The position numbers and the translations under genes are program-made. The notes below the pieces were generated by a model. That model was not told the DNA's origin. It saw only the letters and a program-made list of their open reading frames with translations, and did not search any database. Shown one piece after another: positions 1 through 7,946 of a stretch of 64,000 bases of DNA. The first letter of the stretch is position 1. The number at the start of each line of letters is the position of its first letter. Origin of the DNA: Eubacteriales bacterium (GTDB lineage: Bacteria > Bacillota > Clostridia > Oscillospirales > CAG-272); assembly GCA_050309735.1 (NCBI GenBank), contig JBNRMS010000068.1, positions 24,405 through 88,404 on the forward strand. The letters run 5' to 3'.

Positions 1-622
1 GTATCACATCTTCAAGCTCGGCACGTGAGAACGTCCACACTTTGCCATCGGTAAGACGGAACGAGGGATGCTCACCTGATGAAATTCTTTCGATTTCGGG
101 TAATACCTCGCCCTCTGTGAGTATCTCCCAAAAGAGCTTTGCGTTCTGCAGATCTCTGCCCACGATCTTGAAGCAGAGGCCTTCCATCGTGTTGTTGACA
201 AGCACGGTCTTTCCGTTTTCCAGATAGAAGCAAAGACCTGTCGGGAGCTTGTCAAGGCTCTCCTTGATGGATGCACGGGAGAGGTTTGTTTTTCTGAATT
301 TGAGGTCGGACAGATATGCGAATACAAGGTAGCCGAAGCTTACAAGAAGCAGCAAAATGCAAACAATAATAGGCATTTCGCACACATTTTTCACGAGTTC
401 GGGCAATTCACGGGAGAATTTTGTGGCTCTTGCTTCGGTTGCGAACATCACGCAGAAGAAGGTATTTACCGCCATAACGACAGGCAGAAGAACCTTTGCG
501 TGAAGAAGTTGCTTTCTCTTTACGAGTCTGATAAAGAGCACGACGGCGGCATTGGCACAGACGAACAGAAGCGTCATCAGAAGCGCGCGGAGTGGGATAC
601 CAAGTCCGTAGTAGTTCATCAT
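1..622 (-). CDS. Membrane sensor-like protein; its C-terminal part lies beyond the window edge (absent from the ORF track because it has no stop in the window)
   Basis: Hand translation of the minus strand from ATG 620-622 gives 207 stop-free codons down to position 2. It reads MMNYYGLGIPLRALLMTLLFVCANAAVVLFIRLVKRKQ...PTGLCFYLENGKTVLVNNTMEGLCFKIVGRDLQNAKLFWEILTEG.... The start overlaps the stop of the upstream 551-aa gene (ATGA). Hydrophobic helices are followed by a soluble domain. Confidence 0.6.
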   Translation of the reverse strand, partial: MMNYYGLGIPLRALLMTLLFVCANAAVVLFIRLVKRKQLLHAKVLLPVVMAVNTFFCVMFATEARATKFSRELPELVKNVCEMPIIVCILLLLVSFGYLVFAYLSDLKFRKTNLSRASIKESLDKLPTGLCFYLENGKTVLVNNTMEGLCFKIVGRDLQNAKLFWEILTEGEVLPEIERISSGEHPSFRLTDGKVWTFSRAELEDVI

Positions 623-2274
623 TTGCCGTCACCTCCCATCACAAGGTCAACGTAGACGTCGTTTTCCTCAAATTCAATGGAAAGCTCGCTGTAGGTTTTA
701 AGGTTTGCAAGTGCATCTTCGGCGTTTCCGTTCACTCCAAGCTGCAAGGAAAGCACAAGCTTTTCGTTCTTCAAGGTAAGTCGGATAAACATTGCCGAGA
801 GGATATCCATGGCGGATTCCACTACTTGCTCGTAGAGGTCATAGACTCTGATAGCATAGGCAAAGGGAATGTTGCCCTCGCCCTTGACGGTGAGTGCGAT
901 ATCCGCACCGAGAAGTCGCAGGTTTTCGCCTGACTCACGAAGCGCGTTTTCAAGCTCTCGCAGGGGGATATTTTTGTTTTCATTGCCGAGCAGAAGAAGG
1001 TTGCCTCGGCGTTTTACATATGAACCGATAACGGCAACACGGGAGAGATTTTCTTTTACGTTCTCTCCTTTTTCTGCTTTATCAAGAAGGCTTGCAAGTA
1101 TATCGAGCTGAGGCTTTACTTCACGGGCAATCTTGTCGTAAAGGCTGTTCTGCTCGTCTGCCTTTGCCTGCTTTTCCTTGATCTCATTTTCAGCTTGAAT
1201 GAGATCGACTTCTTCGGCGAGTCTTGCGCGTACATCGTCGAGATCTTCTCGCTGACGGTTCAGCTCTGCCACATCATTCTGCCATACCACTCTGCCTGCG
1301 GTAATAGGCGCGGAGCAAAGCACGGTATCGCCAAGACTTACGGGAGCTTCTGCCGATGCTCTCATCGCTTCCTCGGATACGGGCAATGCACCGCCCGAAG
1401 TATATCTTGCCTGATAGTCCTCGTCAATGATAATAACGGGAACGGTGGTTTCGGCAAACAGCTCCTTGTGTCCTTTGTTCGTGGGGATAAGTCCTGTTTG
1501 AATAGCAGTTTCAAGGAGTGTGCCGATAATAATACAGTCGATTACGGTGAGGTCGCCGTCTATCAGACCTGCGGTATAAAGTATCCAAAAGGCAACGGCA
1601 ACGATGGCAACAACGAGAGGTATTTTCTGAACGCTCTTTGCTCCGGGAAGTCTTGACTTGTAGATCAAGATAATAACGAATGCGAGTGTGAGTGAAATGT
1701 ACCACGCCATCGAAATCCAATAAAGGATGCCGTAGGTGTAATCGGAGTTGAAGTTCTCGATTCCATTCGGGAATGCGAACATAAGGGTGTGCAGGTCGTT
1801 TGTGAGTACACCGACGAGCAGAAGGAACACAGGTATATAGAACAGATACACCCATTTCGGCAATCTGTAATCATCGGGCTTTCGGATATACTGTGCCACA
1901 AATATGCCGTTTAAGGGAATGAGAAGCATCGGCACGTAGTAGCAGTACCAAAGGTATCGCGCGAGTGTTTCTGTGTTGTTCGGGAAGAACTCATATTTTG
2001 CAGTTTTGGTAACGATCCACACAAGCATCAGAACACCGACCGACAGCACAAAGGCACGTGCCTGCTTGTTGGTGATGCGCTGGTAGACCGAAACCGTCCA
2101 AACAAGTGCGAGTGAGAGATGTATCACACCGCGCAAGTAGATCAAGAGCGTAGCCAAAGCCAATGACTCCATATCGTTTATCATAAGGCGCAAGGCTCTT
2201 GCGACGATAATCAAAATTGCCGTAATCAAAATGCCTGCGAATAATTTTTTATTCTTCTTTATTGTATTTATCAC
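619..2274 (-). CDS. Polytopic membrane protein with a coiled coil and a degenerate histidine-kinase-like C-terminal module
   Basis: 551-aa ORF with a GTG start 5 nt after GGAGGTG. The first ~270 aa carry about 7 hydrophobic helices. A coiled coil follows (ELNRQREDLDDVRARLAEEVDLIQAENEIKEKQAK). The HisKA_3-like helix LYDKIAREVKPQLD has Lys where His is expected. Confidence 0.7.
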   Translation of the reverse strand: MINTIKKNKKLFAGILITAILIIVARALRLMINDMESLALATLLIYLRGVIHLSLALVWTVSVYQRITNKQARAFVLSVGVLMLVWIVTKTAKYEFFPNNTETLARYLWYCYYVPMLLIPLNGIFVAQYIRKPDDYRLPKWVYLFYIPVFLLLVGVLTNDLHTLMFAFPNGIENFNSDYTYGILYWISMAWYISLTLAFVIILIYKSRLPGAKSVQKIPLVVAIVAVAFWILYTAGLIDGDLTVIDCIIIGTLLETAIQTGLIPTNKGHKELFAETTVPVIIIDEDYQARYTSGGALPVSEEAMRASAEAPVSLGDTVLCSAPITAGRVVWQNDVAELNRQREDLDDVRARLAEEVDLIQAENEIKEKQAKADEQNSLYDKIAREVKPQLDILASLLDKAEKGENVKENLSRVAVIGSYVKRRGNLLLLGNENKNIPLRELENALRESGENLRLLGADIALTVKGEGNIPFAYAIRVYDLYEQVVESAMDILSAMFIRLTLKNEKLVLSLQLGVNGNAEDALANLKTYSELSIEFEENDVYVDLVMGGDGK

Positions 2275-2310
2275 ACCGTCACCTCCGCTTCTTGGTATAC
2301 TTATTCATAA

Positions 2311-2339
2311 TATTATATCACATTTTTATGAATAATTCA
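2311..2339 (-). promoter_or_regulatory. Sigma-A-type promoter for the 551-aa membrane protein gene
   Basis: The minus strand reads TTGAAT-17 nt-TATAAT with a TG extension (tgTGaTATAAT). It lies about 35 nt upstream of the GTG start. Confidence 0.6.
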
Positions 2340-2395
2340 ATACGTGTGGAGCTTTTCCTCGGCTGGAGTGAGACTAAACTTTAGAAAACGAAAAG

Positions 2396-2417
2396 GCGGT
2401 ATGATTTCTCATACCGC
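2396..2417 (-). terminator. Intrinsic terminator after the 90-aa gene
   Basis: The minus strand reads GCGGTATG-agaaat-CATACCGC followed by CTTTTCGTTTTCT. Confidence 0.75.
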
Positions 2418-2432
2418 ACTGGTTTCATTGTT

Positions 2433-2705
2433 TCAATTATTCTCCCCCAAGCTGTCAAGCATGAGTCTTGCTCCAAGCTTGAAGGCATATTCGAAGATGG
2501 CTGCTTCAGCGAGGCTTACGTACTCATTCCAACAATCTTGGTACTTTTCGAAGATTGCTTTTTGTTCTTCGGTTAATAGCTTCCCTAAATCCTCATCGTG
2601 CCTTGCTATATAACTGATGAGTTCCTTCATTTCCTTGGTATTGTTTCTGCTGTCCTCTTGCGGTACGATGTTTCCGTGCCACAGTTCGTTTATGATGCTT
2701 TTCAT
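2433..2705 (-). CDS. Small helical hypothetical protein (90 aa)
   Basis: ATG is preceded by AGGAGG (revcomp of cctcct at 2714-2719). It has its own intrinsic terminator at 2396-2417. The sequence MKSIINELWHGNIVPQEDSRNNTKEMKELISYIARHDEDLGKLLTEEQKAIFEKYQDCWNEY is protein-like. I cannot assign a family. Confidence 0.6.
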   Translation of the reverse strand: MKSIINELWHGNIVPQEDSRNNTKEMKELISYIARHDEDLGKLLTEEQKAIFEKYQDCWNEYVSLAEAAIFEYAFKLGARLMLDSLGENN

Positions 2706-2846
2706 GGGCTGTACCTCCTGTTAGCACAAAACAATACCACAGAAGGAGACGAAAGTCCAGTCCTTATCCGAAAATAAAATCAAGTTTTCTCGCCGGGGCT
2801 TTTCTTTGACTACTGCACCTCAAATTTTGTATCTTCGGAAAGCCTG

Positions 2847-2875
2847 TTGACTATTCCTTCGAAGTATGGTATAAT
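2847..2875 (+). promoter_or_regulatory. Near-consensus sigma-A promoter with no downstream ORF
   Basis: TTGACT (2847-2852), a 17-nt spacer, then TATAAT (2870-2875), with a TG extension (aTGgTATAAT). It points into about 375 nt of non-coding sequence ending at the tRNA. Confidence 0.55.
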
Positions 2876-3258
2876 AATGGCAGAAAAAGAATTTATGCGG
2901 GGTCGGATTCTCGATTTCCTAATAGCGTTTTGATCCCACTCAAACGGGCTTGACCACACCTTTGACCATCTACGGCTTCGGACTATGTGGAAACAGTGCT
3001 TATAAGAGCACCCGAAAGCATCGTTTTCGGACACAAAAGCCCAGAAAAGCCTTGTAAAGTAAGGAAAAAATCGGCATTTTAGCGTTTGGGAGCGTGTGAC
3101 CGGCTTCGAGTTCGCACAACACGAAAAACGCCGAAAAGCCTTGTATTTATTGACTTTTTCGCACTTTCAAGCAAAACAAAAAGCCCCTTCAAAAGAGGCT
3201 TGACCACAGATTTGACCACTTACAGAAATTGACCAAAAATTGAATAAAAATCACACTT

Positions 3259-3334
3259 CGGGGTGTGGCGCAGTTGGTAGCGCGCGACGTTTGGGACCAA
3301 GATGCCGCAGGTTCAAGTCCTGTCGTCCCGACCA
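3259..3334 (+). tRNA. tRNA-Pro (anticodon UGG) with encoded CCA; the anticodon stem is largely unpaired (possible pseudo-tRNA)
   Basis: 76 nt. Acceptor CGGGGTG/CGTCCCG pairs, with two G-U pairs. D arm is GCGC-AGTTGGTA-GCGC. T arm is GCAGG-TTCAAGT-CCTGT, followed by ACCA. The anticodon loop is TTTGGGA. The anticodon stem CGACG/CCAAG pairs only at its two terminal positions. Confidence 0.7.
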
Positions 3335-3352
3335 GCCCGGAGGGCCCGGGTC

Positions 3353-3473
3353 AATAAAAAATGATGAATGATAAATTGTGACTGATAAATGTAAAGAGAG
3401 CGCAAAGCTTGAGCGCCACTTTTTATATTAATCACTCACATCCGCCAAAAGGCGAATCATTCATCTTTTTTTA
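3353..3473. repeat. ~120-bp imperfect palindrome flanked by A- and T-runs, between the tRNA and the ECF sigma gene
   Basis: The left arm aaaaaatgatgaatgataaattgtgactgataaatgtaaagagagcgc pairs with the right arm gcgccactttttatattaatcactcaca...gaatcattcatcttttttt. The right arm carries an inserted mini-hairpin CGCCaaaaGGCG. Confidence 0.6.
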
Positions 3474-3614
3474 TTATGCAGGTAAGGGTCTTCCTAAACC
3501 TTTATATACCGCGATTGATTTCACGGTTTTTTATTCCAGTATCTTTATATTTATTGACGAAAATTTGTAAGACTTCTCAGTTATCGAAGTCTTATAGGTG
3601 AAGGAGGTGACGGG

Positions 3615-4118
3615 ATGGAGGAATTCGAGAAGATATATAATTCTTATTTCAACGATGTTTATTTATATATCAGGCGGCTGTCGGGCAACGTGCATATAGC
3701 AAAAGAAATCACAAGCGACACATTCTTCAAGGCAATGAAGTCGATAGACAACTTTCGCGGCGAATGCGATATTCGTGTGTGGCTCTGCCAGATTGCCAAG
3801 AACTGCTATTATTCTTTTGTGAAGAAAAACAGCCGCATCGAAAGTGTTGACTGCAAAGTTTTTTTAGAAATTCCCGACACAAGCGAGTCGATAAACGAGG
3901 AGCTTGCGCGGCGTGATGATGTTGCCGCGATAAAAAGGGCGATAAGCACTCTTGGTGAGCCTTACAAAGAAGTGTTTATGTGGCGAATATTTGCCGAGCT
4001 AAGCTTCAGGCAAATCGGACAGATATTTAACAAGACAGAAAACTGGGCTTGTGTTACCTACCACCGCGCCAAAAAGATGATTAAGGAGAAATTGGAGGCA
4101 GATAAACATGAGAAATAA
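3615..4118 (+). CDS. ECF-type sigma-70 family RNA polymerase sigma factor
   Basis: 167 aa with RBS GAAGGAGGTG upstream. It shows the region 2 / region 4 pattern (FEKIYNSYFNDVYLYIRRL...; PYKEVFMWRIFAELSFRQIGQIFNKTENWACVTYHRAKKMIKE). It overlaps the downstream anti-sigma gene by 11 nt. Confidence 0.9.
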   Translation: MEEFEKIYNSYFNDVYLYIRRLSGNVHIAKEITSDTFFKAMKSIDNFRGECDIRVWLCQIAKNCYYSFVKKNSRIESVDCKVFLEIPDTSESINEELARRDDVAAIKRAISTLGEPYKEVFMWRIFAELSFRQIGQIFNKTENWACVTYHRAKKMIKEKLEADKHEK

Positions 4119-5475
4119 TTGCAGTATTGTTCGTGATATTCTACCGCTATACGCGGAAAACATGGTGAGCAAAGACAGCGCCCACCTCGTGCGCGACCAC
4201 CTGAAGGACTGCGCAAAGTGCCGCGCCGAATATGAGAGTATAAAATGCCCTGCCCAATTGCCGGGCGCAGACAGCTCACCCGCTACCTTGAGCGACGAGA
4301 TAAAGCCTTTGAAAAAGATTATGAAAAAGCTTAACAGAAAATTTTATTCGCTTGCTTATCTTATTATTGTGCTCGGAATTTTCCTCGGCTTTAGCTTCAC
4401 CGAGGGGAGCGATTTGATGTATAACAGCCTTATCATGCCCGCCATCGGAGTTTTCGGCTATATAATTTTTAGTTGGCGAGCAATTTATAAAATGCCGATA
4501 CTGCTTTTGTTAGTTAACCTTTTCGCATATCTTTTTAATTTGGTGAAGATTGATTTCATCTCGGTCTTTCTGTGGACATTCACATACAGTATGTTCGTTT
4601 TTATCGGAATTGTAATTTCGCTTCTTTTACACTATGCATCGACAAACCTTAGGCGGGCTAAAGATAAAATACTGAAAATCACAGCATTCTGTATTGCGCT
4701 ATTGATGATTTCGGGTGTTGGATTTTTTGCGAATTCTCTTGTTGGCAACCCTATTTCTAAATTTCTGGCAACACAAACCGCAAGAATGCACCTTGAGGAA
4801 AAATATGCACATACAGATTACCAAATACACAAGGTGTCATACGACTTCAAAAGCACTGACTATTATGTGCAAATCAAGTCACCCACAAGCCTTGATGGCG
4901 ATTTCACCCTTCACGTCGATATGAGCGGAAAATTAAGATACGATGATTACGATGCGCGTGTAACAAACAACGAAAATGTTGCCCGGCGCCTTTATTTCGA
5001 GTATCGCGATATGGTGGATAGAGTTTTTAACAGTCTTCTGTATCCATATAACATTTCTATGGGTTTTGGCGAATTAAAATTTGACTATGAGGCGGGAAGA
5101 TCGCCCGCCGGGGGCGCATTGCAGAAATCCGACCTTAAGGCAGATAAGTTTTACAATGTCTCAGAAATCGCAAGAAAGTCAGGATATCTTGTTCTCTATA
5201 TTGACGATGAGACAATCAGCGCAAATCGAGCGGGTGAGATTCTGCTCGAAACCAAGCGGCTTTTTGATGATGCCGGCATAAATTTTTATGCAATTCATTT
5301 TGTTTTGCGCAAGCAGATAACCGGCGACAACAACTCCCAAGAGCAAAACAGCATCGAGATGCTGAATTTTCTTTACAGCGACATATATGAGGACGGGTTA
5401 ACCGAACGCATAATCGCCGCCGACAAAGCAGCAAAAAAATATTACGCCGATATGGATGCCAAAGATCGTCGGTAA
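4108..5475 (+). CDS. Putative anti-sigma factor: zf-HC2-like N-terminus, multi-pass membrane region, large C-terminal domain
   Basis: It is translationally coupled to the ECF sigma gene. The N-terminus LPLYAENMVSKDSAHLVRDHLKDCAKCRAEYE matches the H-x3-C-x2-C zinc-finger anti-sigma pattern. Several hydrophobic helices follow, then a ~250-aa soluble domain. Confidence 0.75.
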   Translation: MRNNCSIVRDILPLYAENMVSKDSAHLVRDHLKDCAKCRAEYESIKCPAQLPGADSSPATLSDEIKPLKKIMKKLNRKFYSLAYLIIVLGIFLGFSFTEGSDLMYNSLIMPAIGVFGYIIFSWRAIYKMPILLLLVNLFAYLFNLVKIDFISVFLWTFTYSMFVFIGIVISLLLHYASTNLRRAKDKILKITAFCIALLMISGVGFFANSLVGNPISKFLATQTARMHLEEKYAHTDYQIHKVSYDFKSTDYYVQIKSPTSLDGDFTLHVDMSGKLRYDDYDARVTNNENVARRLYFEYRDMVDRVFNSLLYPYNISMGFGELKFDYEAGRSPAGGALQKSDLKADKFYNVSEIARKSGYLVLYIDDETISANRAGEILLETKRLFDDAGINFYAIHFVLRKQITGDNNSQEQNSIEMLNFLYSDIYEDGLTERIIAADKAAKKYYADMDAKDRR

Positions 5476-5631
5476 CAATATTTCACCCCCAAATCAATCA
5501 AAGACCTGCCCGATAAGCCGAAATTGCTCACGGGGCAGGTTTTTGCTTTTAGAACGACTTGTATTTTACTGTGTTTTATGATAATATATCTACATCACAA
5601 AAGCCCCGGGCGGGCGGATACGGAGGAGAGT

Positions 5632-6996
5632 ATGGAATACCGCAAAGAGCATGATTCAATGGGGGAGGTTCTCGTCCCGGCTGACGCATATTGGGGCGCC
5701 GCAACAGAGCGCAGTCTTAAATACTTTAAAATCGGAACCGAGAAGATGCCTGCCCAACTGATACGTGCCTTCGCGCAGATAAAAAGGGCGGCGGCCGAGG
5801 TTAATTTCTCGCTCGGCCGGCTCGACGATGAGCGGAGAAGGCTTATAGCCGAGGTCTGCGACGAGATTGAAACCGGCGGTCTTTCCGACCAGTTCCCCCT
5901 CTCGCTCTGGCAAACCGGCAGCGGTACGCAGACTAATATGAATATCAACGAGGTTATTGCAAACCGCGCAAATGAGCTTGTCGGAAAAAAGCTACTCCAC
6001 CCGAACGACCACGTCAATATGTCGCAAAGCTCAAACGATACTTTTCCAACCGCCATGCATATCGCGGCGGTGAGTGCCATCGAGGACTCGCTCCTCCCCG
6101 CCCTCTCGGCTCTGATATCCGAGTTTTCCCGGCTTGAGGATGAGAACCGCGGAGTGGTCAAAAGCGGGCGCACCCACCTTCAAGACGCAACACCCATTGC
6201 CTTCTCGCAAGAGATAAGCGGCTGGCGCTCCATGCTCAAGGCAGACCTTGAGGCGATAAAATTATCGCTCCCCGGACTTTTGGAGCTTGCGCTGGGCGGC
6301 ACGGCGGTTGGCACCGGTCTTAATGCGCCAAAGGGTTTTGCCGAGCAGAGCGCCGCCGAACTCTCAAGACTTACCGGGCGGAAGTTTGTCAGCGCTAAAA
6401 ATAAATTCTCTGCCCTCACATCAAAAAATGCACTTGTCCTCACACACGGCGCTCTCAAGGCTCTTGCCGCCGACCTTATGAAAATCGCAAACGATATCCG
6501 CTGGCTCGCGTCGGGCCCGCGCTGCGGTCTTGGCGAAATATTTATACCCGAAAATGAACCCGGAAGCTCAATCATGCCCGGCAAGGTCAATCCCACGCAA
6601 TGCGAGGCGATGAGCATGGTCACCGTGCAAGTCATGGCTAATGACGTTGCGCTCGGCATAGCGGCCTCTCAGGGCAACTTTCAGCTCAATGTCTATATGC
6701 CGGTGATTATTTATAATTTCCTGCAGTCGGTCGGCCTGCTCTCTGATTGTATTGTTTCGTTCACACAGAACTGCATCTCAGGAATCAAGCCAAACCGCGA
6801 GAGAATGCGGCAAAACCTACATAACTCTCTTATGCTTGTCACCGCTCTGTCGCCGCATATCGGATATGAGAGAGCGGCGAGCGTGGCCAAGGTCGCGCAC
6901 GAGAAGAACCTCTCTCTAAAGGAAGCCTGCCTCTCGCTCGGCTATCTTGAGGGCGACACCTTTGACAAAATATTCCGCCCTGAAGAAATGATATAA
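5632..6996 (+). CDS. fumC: Class II fumarate hydratase
   Basis: Signature GSSIMPGKVNPTQCEA is present, and the N-terminus is MEYRKEHDSMGEVLVPADAYWGAATERS. I chose the ATG at 5632, which follows GGAGGAGAG, rather than the track start at 5524. The extra 36 residues in the track version are hydrophobic and not protein-like. Confidence 0.93.
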   Translation: MEYRKEHDSMGEVLVPADAYWGAATERSLKYFKIGTEKMPAQLIRAFAQIKRAAAEVNFSLGRLDDERRRLIAEVCDEIETGGLSDQFPLSLWQTGSGTQTNMNINEVIANRANELVGKKLLHPNDHVNMSQSSNDTFPTAMHIAAVSAIEDSLLPALSALISEFSRLEDENRGVVKSGRTHLQDATPIAFSQEISGWRSMLKADLEAIKLSLPGLLELALGGTAVGTGLNAPKGFAEQSAAELSRLTGRKFVSAKNKFSALTSKNALVLTHGALKALAADLMKIANDIRWLASGPRCGLGEIFIPENEPGSSIMPGKVNPTQCEAMSMVTVQVMANDVALGIAASQGNFQLNVYMPVIIYNFLQSVGLLSDCIVSFTQNCISGIKPNRERMRQNLHNSLMLVTALSPHIGYERAASVAKVAHEKNLSLKEACLSLGYLEGDTFDKIFRPEEMI

Positions 6997-7077
6997 TAGC
7001 ATAGCCAAATCGGTCTTGCCTCAGACATAAAACTTCATTCGGGCACGCCCCCTGTCAAATTCAGCGCTCAAACGCTT

Positions 7078-7647
7078 TCATATTATACTGCCTCGCTCCC
7101 CGATTATCTTCCGCAAAAATTCAAAGGTATAAAGTATAAAAGATACAAGAACTATGAACGACACGGCACCGGTCATCCACAGAATGCTTTTCTCATCATG
7201 CGGCAGCGCGAGCCGCAAGCCCGAATAGACATAGAGCGCCCCGGTAGACAGTTTTCCAAACCACAGCGAGCTGAAGGGCTGCCCTCCCGAGTACAGCAGT
7301 ACCACCGAGCAGACAAGAGCGCTTAGTTCCTTTGCCGCAAGTATCACAAGGAGAAATATAACCCGGCGCTCGGTGGCCGCAAGGCAGCAGATAACGGCAA
7401 TCTGGGTCAGCTTGTCAGCCGCCGGGTCAAGGATTTTACCGAGCGGGGTTATCATCTCAAGACCGCGCGCAGCGCGTCCGTCAAGCATATCAGACGCCGC
7501 CGAGAGCGCCAGCACAAAAAGCGCGGCATACCTCTCTCCGATAAGGCAGAGCCACACAAATTCGGGAATCAGCAATATTCTTAAGTATCCGAATAGATTC
7601 GGTATGGCTGCGGCCTGTTTTATCAGCGGTTTCTCCATTCTCGGCAC
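7078..7647 (-). CDS. pgsA: CDP-alcohol phosphatidyltransferase (PgsA-like)
   Basis: Motif DMLDGRAARGLEMITPLGKILDPAADK matches D-G-x2-A-R-x8-G-x3-D-x3-D. The protein is a 189-aa polytopic membrane protein. Confidence 0.75.
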   Translation of the reverse strand: MPRMEKPLIKQAAAIPNLFGYLRILLIPEFVWLCLIGERYAALFVLALSAASDMLDGRAARGLEMITPLGKILDPAADKLTQIAVICCLAATERRVIFLLVILAAKELSALVCSVVLLYSGGQPFSSLWFGKLSTGALYVYSGLRLALPHDEKSILWMTGAVSFIVLVSFILYTFEFLRKIIGERGSII

Positions 7648-7719
7648 TCTCCCTAATCGGTTTCAAATTGATTATTGCCGATCCAACTGTCACATATGCG
7701 TTTTTCTATATGATAAGCC

Positions 7720-7748
7720 TTGTAATTTATATGGCGATGTGATAAAAT
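7720..7748 (+). promoter_or_regulatory. Candidate promoter for the E2-like gene
   Basis: TTGTAA-17 nt-TAAAAT with a TG extension (gTGaTAAAAT). Confidence 0.45.
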
Positions 7749-7946
7749 GACCTCATCGAATAAAAGTCCGGCATATAAATAAGTATATCACGCAGCTAAC
7801 CGCTTAACACTAATAAATCCGGTCTGTAACCGAGCAAAGGCAGAACATACCTCGGCACGCCTATATTTTTGGCGTTGAATTATCTTAGCGCAAGCAAAGT
7901 CCGGAGAGGTGAGCGGCGGGTTTCTGCCGATAAATATAGCAAAGGA

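Noticed and set aside
5524-5631. N-terminal extensions in the ORF track (fumC 5524, Cof-HAD 14066, spoIIAB 28451, rpe 52587, ychF 59046, rpiB 50531, SBP 40835, HK 58024 and others)
   Set aside because: The track takes the longest ORF and includes TTG/GTG/CTG starts. In each case an internal ATG with a proper SD coincides with the conserved N-terminus of the family, so I used the shorter coordinates.
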